NCBI RefSeq assembly: GCF_001194135.2
Contig: NC_069000.1
Coordinates: 6,608,219-6,672,218, forward strand
Direction: 5' to 3'
DNA length: 64,000 nucleotides
Source: Octopus bimaculoides
Taxonomy: Eukaryota
Below, one piece after another: positions 56,782-64,000 of the stretch. The number at the start of each line of letters is the position of its first letter. Positions within the stretch are counted from its first letter, which is position 1. The notes beneath the pieces were generated by a model. That model searched no databases and was not told the origin of the DNA. It saw nothing but the letters and a program-made list of their open reading frames with translations. The translations under genes were made by a program, and so were the position numbers.

Positions 56782-59009
56782 GTACGTTTGTCATATTACA
56801 CAATACCGCACAGTTTCGTTTGCTATCACATCACTGAAAACCATTGTTATAATAACACTCAATAGCTTTGTTTAATATTACCCAGTGTTACTATTATAAT
56901 ATTATGAAGCTTATTGCTATGATATCCAATATTATTGCCTGTTATTACTCAATATCATTGTTATGAGATCACCAAATATTGTTTTAATATCACACTATAT
57001 CATTGTCTAATATTACTCGATTTCAGAGGTGCCACACTCAATATCAATGTTGTGATATCGCACAGATCATCTCTGAGCAGGTGTACAAATTCTAGTATAG
57101 TAGAATGTGAAAGATGAAATCGGTACATATATTGGACCATTTAACTTATTGAATGAGTTAATGATATTATTATTGGTATAATATATCGATATTATTGTTT
57201 CAATATAGTAATATTTCTAAAATACGTTGACCTGATTTCCATATTAGCATGTTATAAGGCGGCGCGCTGACAGTATCGTTAGCACGCCGGGCAAAATGCT
57301 TAGCGGTACTTCGTCCGTCTCTACGCTCTGAGTTCAAATCCCACCGAGGTCGACTTTGCCTTTCATCCTTTCGGGGTCGATGAAATAAGTACCAGTTGAG
57401 CACTGGAATCGATGTAGTCAACTTAGTCCCTCCCTACAAATTTCACGCCTTGTGCCTATAGTAGATAAAATTATTAGCATGTTATGTTGACATTGTTGAG
57501 TTGTTCACTTCTAGTTTCTTCAACTGTTTCCATTTTCTTTTAAAGATCCAACCCCAGGACAAATGATAGTCCATTTCATGCAACAGGCTGAAACTCACAG
57601 CAATGCTGCCCTCCCTACTCACAATAAAACCAATTCAGAATTGAGTAACAACCATACAGGATCTGTGGACATCAAATCAGAGGATATTCCAGGTAAGTCA
57701 TTAAACACAAATTTTCTTTTTCTGTCCGATCTGGCAATGTTCCTACAGATGGATGACCTTAATGCCAACCACTCCAAGAGTTTAGTGGATCCTTTTTACA
57801 TGCTACAGGAGCCAGTCAAGGGGCACTGGCATCGACCACTGAAATCTCACAGCTGTAGGACAATACACGATTAATTCAAAACAATGTGAATATATAAGCA
57901 TTGCATTTGGTAGAGTAATCTGAACGTTAATGGATTAAGAGAGTCAGTCATATAGTATTGAATGTAGAAATATAAATTGTCTAATGCTTTCTGATATGGT
58001 CTTCTGTTTTATTTTCTGCTACCAGAAATAAAGCTGCCAGGGTTTAACAAAAAGGTCAAAGCCTTGAAGATTCTTGCTCTGAAAGTTGCTGCATTTCTTC
58101 AGTGGGATTTGGAAGTTTTAAGTAAAAGGTTTGTATCAGAACTGTGTTTCTTTTGTAGCTTCTTCTGTCCTTGTTACAAGCCCCTAATTCGTTAGCATTT
58201 AAACCAGCCATGTTTGGCTCAAATATTCTACCTGTTCTATGTTCAAACCAGTTAGATCTGGCCTCTCATACCTACCCTACAATATCATTCTAAAGATAAA
58301 CACTCACATTGAAATCTTGAAGCTATGAGATAATGAATGATTAATTCAAAACCCTGAGAATAAATAAGCATTACATTTGACAGAAATTTGTGTGTTAAAG
58401 GAAGCCTCTACATGGTTCCTCAACTTGCTAGAAATAACAGGTTGAACTGAATCTCCTTCAAATCACACACCTTACCTTAGTGAATCGCGAAATGATACAT
58501 TGAATAATGTAGTCTTAGATACACTGTCCCTAAAAAAAAAATAGCGTGGCCACAGTTGGAATTCTTTTGATTATAGGTCTGCTCAATCAGGATTGATCTG
58601 GGACTAAAGACACCTACTTAATGAATGGTGACAGTAGTGGTGGTGGTGGTGGTCTGTGATGATTGAAAGTGATTTTGCTTAATCATTAGCAATTATCTTA
58701 ACTACTTTATGAATGTAAGGCTCTCATTCTTCTATGAAAACCATTTTCATTAACAATATATGTTTCACTGGTGGTTTATAATAATGTCTTTCTGTTTGTC
58801 TTATTTTGTTCCTTTTTCTTTACAGCCTCCCATTAACCATGACTCAGACCTTGCTGCTTGAACTGGTGCGGACGTGTGTGGGTAGCGGAAGCATCGAGAA
58901 AGTTAATACGGTTCAGGATTACGACAATTTGAGTGATGAGGCTGCATTTTCCATGCAGCTCTTTCACAGATGGTAAATATCTTATACATACATACATACA
59001 TACATACAT

Positions 59010-59055
<46 letters not shown>

Positions 59056-62000
59056 TCATCATCATCATCGTTTAACGTCCGCTTTCCATGCTAGCATGGG
59101 TTGGACGATTTGACTGAGGACTGGTGAAACCGGATGGCAACACCAGGCTCCAGTCTGATTTGGCAGAGTCAGACTGGAGCCTGGTGTTGCCATCCNNNNN
59201 NNNNNNNNNNNNNNNNNNNNNNNNNNNNNNNNNNNNNNNNNNNNNNNNNNNNNNNNNNNNNNNNNNNNNNNNNNNNNNNNNNNNNNNNNNNNNNNNNNNN
59301 NNNNNNNNNNNNNNNNNNNNNNNNNNNNNNNNNNNNNNNNNNNNTAGGGTGGCCCAAAAGTAGGTTTACAGTTGTTCAACTATCTCTTTTGCTTTCATAT
59401 ATTAACAGTTTAGATCTTAATTATAAAAAAAATATGAAACCATTATTCTATGCTAATTTAGTTAATTGTAAGATAGAAATTTAAATGTAATAAAATGTTT
59501 TAAAAGAACATAATCTTCTCATATATATATATATATATATATACTCGTGTTTGACCTGTATCAGGCCGACAGCAGTGTGTGCAGCAATGACAAATTGCAT
59601 GAATTGGCCAACAAGGCCAAGTCTTGTTTGAACACCGTCAGATCTGGACAAGGTTTGTAACTAATGCATATATTTACCTAATTATTACTCTTTTTTTCCA
59701 GGAGTATCGAAACAGTTGTTATGGATACTTTTCCCAACCGTCCACAAAAGACAAGTTTTGTATCTGTGTAAGTGTTTCTTTTCTAAATGGTTTTAAACTG
59801 ATTTCAGGAAAGATTTACAGCAATCACATATATTAACATTATTACTATTCACCCTTTTAATGTGGAGAAGCCATATATCTCCTCTATAGCATGACCCCTC
59901 TTGTGGCCCTTCTATCATACTTTAGTCTCTCAGCGCCTGACACAAAGTCACTTCCCCCTTTCTAATTGCCCCTTCCCCACTTAATCATGGGGGCTTTTCT
60001 CTTTCCTGTTTTTTTTTTCTGTCTTGCAACTTACTTGGTGACCTCACTTGTTCCAGAGGCATGAAAAAAAGCACCCTGTATGCACTGTAAGGTGATTGAC
60101 ATTAGGAAGAGCATCCAGCCATAGAATACAGGCCAAAGCTGACAGTGGAGCTTGGCACAACACTGCAACTTGCTAGATGCTGTCAAGCCGTCCATCACAT
60201 ACCAGCATGGAACATGGATGTTAATGATGATTTTATATATATGGTGTCACACAAAACGCATCCAGTCCACACTGTAAAGTGGTTGGCATTTGGAAGGGCA
60301 TCCTACTGTAAAAACACCATGCCAAAACTGACTTTGCCTGTGCTTGTGCGATGTAAAAAGTACTCTACACCCTGATGAGTGGTTGGTGTTGGGAAGGGCA
60401 TGCAGCTTTAAAAACCGTGCAGCCAGTTCCTGTCAAACTGTCCAACCCATGCCAGCATGGAAGGTGGACATTAAACGATATATATATATCAATCATCGTT
60501 TAACATGCCCTTTTCCATGCTGGCATAGGTCAGACAGTTTGACAAGAACAGATGATCCAAAAGGCTGCAATAGGTTCTATGTCTGCTTTGGTATGGTTTC
60601 TACAGCTGGATGCCCTTCCTAATGCCAACCACTCCACAGAATGTACTGGGTGCTTTTTTTCATGACACCAATACTAGTTAGGTCACCTAGCAAGTTTCAA
60701 AGACAGAAAAACAAAATAGGAATTTCAAAAGAAGTTTCTATAAAACTAGCTTTTAAACATCGAATGGCTATGGTGGGGTTCCACCAGAATAGAATAGTAA
60801 TCAAAGGGATTCGAAGGTAAAAGAAATGGTTCAGAATCACTGGGGTGGAGTCTACCTCGTTGATGCTTGCAGATTTACTGTTGATGTCTTGTGTAGTCTT
60901 ATGTTTTAATATGAACAAGTAAATGACTGCTGATGTAGGTTTTAACTCTTTTTTTTTTATTTTTTTATTTTTTTTATTTTTGCAGACCTGGAGTACAAGA
61001 AACTATGTTTACCTTGGCAGGTATCAATGAATCTCTAGTTCGTCTTGTAAGTCAGGCATTCCTATATTCCATGATCACCACCACCGTTACTGAATGTCGT
61101 TTCAGAGGTCATCATATTTGACCTCACTTTTTGAAATATTGATTGTGTGTGTGTGTGTGTGTGTATCTTTTCTCTATTACTTGTTTCAGTCATTAGACTG
61201 TAGCCATGCTGGGGCACCACCTTGATGATGAAATTTTAGTCAAACGAATCAACCCCAGAACTTATTTTATAAAGCCTCATACTTATCCAATTGTCAAATC
61301 ACTAAGTTACAGGGATGTAAACACACCAACACCAGTTAAGCGATGGTGGGGGCACAGACACAAAGACACACACACATAATGGGCTTCTTTCAGTTTCTGT
61401 CTTTCAAATCTATTTACGAGGCATTGGCCATCCTGAGGCTATAATAGAAGACACTTTCCCAAGGTGCCACACAATAGGACTGAACCCAGAACCATGTTGT
61501 TGGTTCTTACCATACAACCTCACCTGATATGTATGCATGTAAATATGTGTGTATATTTGTATGTATATCCATGTGTGTGCATATATATGTGTAGATGTAA
61601 ATATTAAATCTTTCATCCCTAAACATAAAGTTAATTAGTTCTAAAATCTAGAATCTCATAAACAATGACAAATGTACACATTTAATTAATATCACTTTCT
61701 CTTTTTAATTACTTTTTGTTACATTCCCCAATTACATGTTAACTACATTTTAAAATTACCTTTATTACATTTTTCTTACCTTATTCTTTATTTTAAGTTA
61801 TGTTTATTTTATTATTTTTTTTTTTTTTCCAGTTGAAAGATCAAATAAAAAGTTCTGTTGAAAATCTGCAGACATTTCTTCAGAGTTGTCGGAATCTTAA
61901 AGTTCCAACATTATCGTATTTTTCGATTCCTACTGAAAATACCGATCCATTGGAGAATCTTTCTGAACACTGTGTCAATATTTCGGTGAATGAATTTAAA

Positions 62001-63800
62001 ACTCAGGTAATTAGTTTAGTTGATGAATTTCTCTTCAAATTGCTACAGTAATTGACACAGCACAGATATCTTTATATCTTTATCAAGAAGACTAAGATAG
62101 GATCTATGGCCCTCACAGGTCCTCATAGGAAGTTGTTTACAGCCCAGTCTGTAAAGTGGTTGGTGTTAGGAAGGGCATCCATTTGTAAAAACTATACCAA
62201 ACAGACCTTACTGATGCTGGTGCCATGTAAAAGGTAACCATCTGCTCTGTAAAGTGGCTGGCATTAGGAAGGTTCAGTATTGTCTCCTTTATGTTATCCT
62301 TCAGTGTTGAATTTTATGTTATTGAAGCTACCTTTATTCACCTCAGGTTTTCTATCTGAGTACCCTAATATTTAGTCACAGTCATGCCAGGGTAATAACT
62401 GGGTACCTTAAATAGCTAGCCACAGCCATGCCAGGGTAATAACCTAACTGGTACCCTAATATAACCCTTAGTGGTTAGTGTGTTGGACTCATGATTGTAA
62501 GGTTGTGGTTTTGATTCCTGGACGGAGCGATGTGTTGAGTTCTTGAACAAAACACTTCGTTTTATGTTGCCCCAGTCCACTCAGCTGGCAAAAATGAGTA
62601 ATCCTGCAACAGACAGGTGCCCTGTTCAAGTGGGGAGTACATAAGCCATGGAAACCAGAAAATCAGCCCTTATGAGTCTGTATGACTTGAGAAAGAAACA
62701 AAAAAAAAAACATTCTAGTCACAGCCATGCCAGGGTGATAATCTAACTGGGTACCCTAATATCTTGTCACAACTATGTCAAAGTAATATAGAAAATATAT
62801 TTTAAAAATGGTTTATGCAATGTTTTTCAGGTGTCCTATTCTTTGGGAATGTACTTTTTCCATTTAGAAGAATATTCTGAAGCATATGAAATGTTCAAGA
62901 TCACAGAAGAATCTTTTGTACCAGTGAGTATGTCCTTTAATTCTTTTACTTGTTTCAATCATTGGACTGTGGCCATGCTGGGGCACTGCCACAAAAGATT
63001 TCAACTAATTATATGAACCCCCTTAATTCTTTGGCATGCATTCTGTTTCATGATGCCATGTAAAAGCACCTGTGTGGTGCCACATAAAAGCACCCAGAAC
63101 ACACTCTGTAAAGTGGTTGGTGTTAGGAAGGGTATCCAGCTGTAGAAACCAAGCCAAATTAGACTGGAGTCTGATGCAGCTTCTCAGCTTGTCAGCTCTG
63201 GTCAGGCTGTCCAACCCATGCCAGCATGGACAACAGATGTTAGATGAGGAGGATGATGATGATGATGATGATGGTTATATATATATCTGTTTTATTATCA
63301 TTATTTATATTTATGTGTGTATGTTGTGTTATCAATATGTATGTATGCCTATTGTACAAAGAATAAATCCTGGGGTTAATTTCTTCGACTAAAGGCGGTG
63401 TTACAGCATGGCCACAGCCACATTCTGTGTCATACTGAATCTCCTCCAAGAAATACGTTAAGGGTACATGTATCTGAGGAGTGCTCAGCCACTTGCACGT
63501 TAATTTCATGAGCAAGCTGTTCTGTTGATCAGATCAACTGGAACCCTCGTCGTTGTAACTGACGGAGTGCCGTAGTAATATATGAGTATGTCATAATATG
63601 TATGTGTTGGTTTATATTTGTAATTACATCTGTGGATGTCCAATTATCTGTTGCAGCGAGGTTACTACTGTCGAGTGAACGATGAACATCTGAGAGGCTA
63701 TCTGGTTGCCTGCCGCAATATGTTGTCTGTCTCGTTGCCTTCTTCATACACCCTGTCTCATTTTGAAAGAGCAGAAGAATCAAAAACCAAAAACTATGAG
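56652..63800 (+). CDS. INTS8: Integrator complex subunit 8, 5' part (9 exons; continues beyond window)
   Basis: Exons 56652-56781, 57546-57692, 58026-58128, 58826-58972, 59702-59767, 60986-61046, 61833-62006, 62831-62923 and 63657-63800 are GT-AG and phase-consistent. Motifs match INTS8: WFEFLLDESLLEKHL, LKILALKVAAFLQWDLEVL, QLFHRW, VSYSLG, HLRGYLVAC. Confidence 0.93.
57255..57478 (+). mobile_element. tRNA-derived SINE, family D (about 220 bp), CpG-intact copy
   Basis: taaggcggcgcgctgacagtatcgttagc head, gagttcaaatcc B-box, central gtcgactttgcctttcatcctttcggggtcgatgaaataagtacc and an ATT-rich tail. Other single copies lie at about 35850-36060(-) and 49900-50085(-). Confidence 0.85.
57546..57692 (+). 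CDS. INTS8: INTS8 coding exon 2
   Basis: taaag| DPTPGQMIVHFMQQAE...SEDIP g|gtaagt. Confidence 0.9.
58026..58128 (+). CDS. INTS8: INTS8 coding exon 3
   Basis: accag| EIKLPGFNKKVKALKILALKVAAFLQWDLEVLSK |gtttgt. Confidence 0.93.
58185..58400. mobile_element. Degenerate MITE, piggyBac-like ends in better-preserved relatives
   Basis: Related fragments at 14580-14700, 30905-30965, 34607-34760 and 57870-57940 show ttaacc(c/t)tttagcatt ... aatgctaaa(a/g)ggttaa termini, i.e. TTAA-flanked CC ends. Confidence 0.5.
58826..58972 (+). CDS. INTS8: INTS8 coding exon 4
   Basis: ttacag| LPLTMTQTLLLELVRTC...AAFSMQLFHR |gtaaat. Confidence 0.92.
59702..59767 (+). CDS. INTS8: INTS8 coding exon 5
   Basis: ttccag| (W)SIETVVMDTFPNRPQKTSFVS |gtaagt. 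Confidence 0.88.
60986..61046 (+). CDS. INTS8: INTS8 coding exon 6
   Basis: ttgcag| PGVQETMFTLAGINESLVRL |gtaagt; the downstream donor at 61047 gives the phase required by exon 7. Confidence 0.82.
61167..61525 (-). mobile_element. SINE family A in INTS8 intron 6
   Basis: Colinear with the 2008-2382 copy. Confidence 0.8.
61833..62006 (+). CDS. INTS8: INTS8 coding exon 7
   Basis: ttccag| LKDQIKSSVENLQ...ISVNEFKTQ |gtaatt. Confidence 0.9.
62374..62790 (+). repeat. About 45-bp minisatellite interrupted by a SINE
   Basis: The unit agtcacagccatgccagggtaataa(cctaa)ctgggtaccctaatat occurs at 62374, 62418 and 62717, with a degenerate copy at about 62766. Confidence 0.75.
62831..62923 (+). CDS. INTS8: INTS8 coding exon 8
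   Basis: tttcag| VSYSLGMYFFHLEEYSEAYEMFKITEESFVP |gtgagt. Confidence 0.9.
63657..63800 (+). CDS. INTS8: INTS8 coding exon 9
   Basis: ttgcag| RGYYCRVNDEHLRGYLVACRNML...KTKNYE |gtaaga. Confidence 0.9.
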
Positions 63801-63916
63801 GTAAGAAGCACACATTCTTATATATATTTGTTGAATGATACAAGTATTAATTTTCAATGATATTGAGGTCTACCTCTTTTGTTGTCATACGTAGTTTGTC
63901 TCTGTATATGCATATG

Positions 63917-64000
<84 letters not shown>
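63917..64000. repeat. (TA)n(CA)n microsatellite, representative of dozens of TA, CA, GA, TATC, GAT and TAA tracts in the window
   Basis: Direct reading; most N-gaps are bordered by (TA)n. Confidence 0.95.

Noticed and set aside
59132-59195. Perfect 27-bp inverted repeat with a 10-nt loop in an RTE tail
   Set aside because: It stops exactly at an N-gap and replaces the normal tail continuation; most likely a fold-back (template-switch) read or assembly artefact.
59565-59652. Exon-like segment (ADSSVCSNDKLHELANKAKSCL) in INTS8 intron 4
   Set aside because: 88 nt with a weak acceptor; it stops in the required phase, and exons 4 and 5 already join cleanly.
62374-62790. CRISPR-like array
   Set aside because: Eukaryotic intron, contiguous units without unique spacers, and no cas genes.

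Overview
This is AT-rich, microsatellite-dense eukaryotic genomic DNA with 13 N-gaps. It is most likely an octopod cephalopod: an inference from the repeat families and an octopus-type C2H2 finger, not from a database hit. Most long ORFs in the supplied track are artefacts of N-runs or dinucleotide repeats. Three spliced genes can be rebuilt by hand with consistent splice phases. (1) Cereblon (CRBN), + strand, 9 coding exons, 23432-42800, about 463 aa; exon 1 is inferred and lies 13.7 kb upstream of exon 2. (2) A morgue orthologue, - strand, 7 coding exons, 55489-46415, about 378 aa; it has a C4 zinc finger, an F-box and an E2-like domain whose catalytic Cys is replaced by Gly. (3) The 5' part of Integrator subunit 8 (INTS8), + strand, from 56652, 9 exons before the window ends. 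CRBN and morgue are tail-to-tail; morgue and INTS8 are head-to-head. The remainder is RTE-clade LINE fragments, several tRNA-derived SINE families, a dead Tc1/Tc3-like transposase, MITE-like fold-backs and simple repeats. I cannot establish a wholly new biological system from sequence alone. The best leads are the morgue pseudo-E2 next to CRBN, a three-ATG/cassette-exon arrangement at the CRBN start, a possible unannotated multi-exon ORF inside CRBN intron 1, two hammerhead-ribozyme-like relics, a 72-bp element with a 9-bp target-site duplication, and a chain of nine head-to-tail SINEs.
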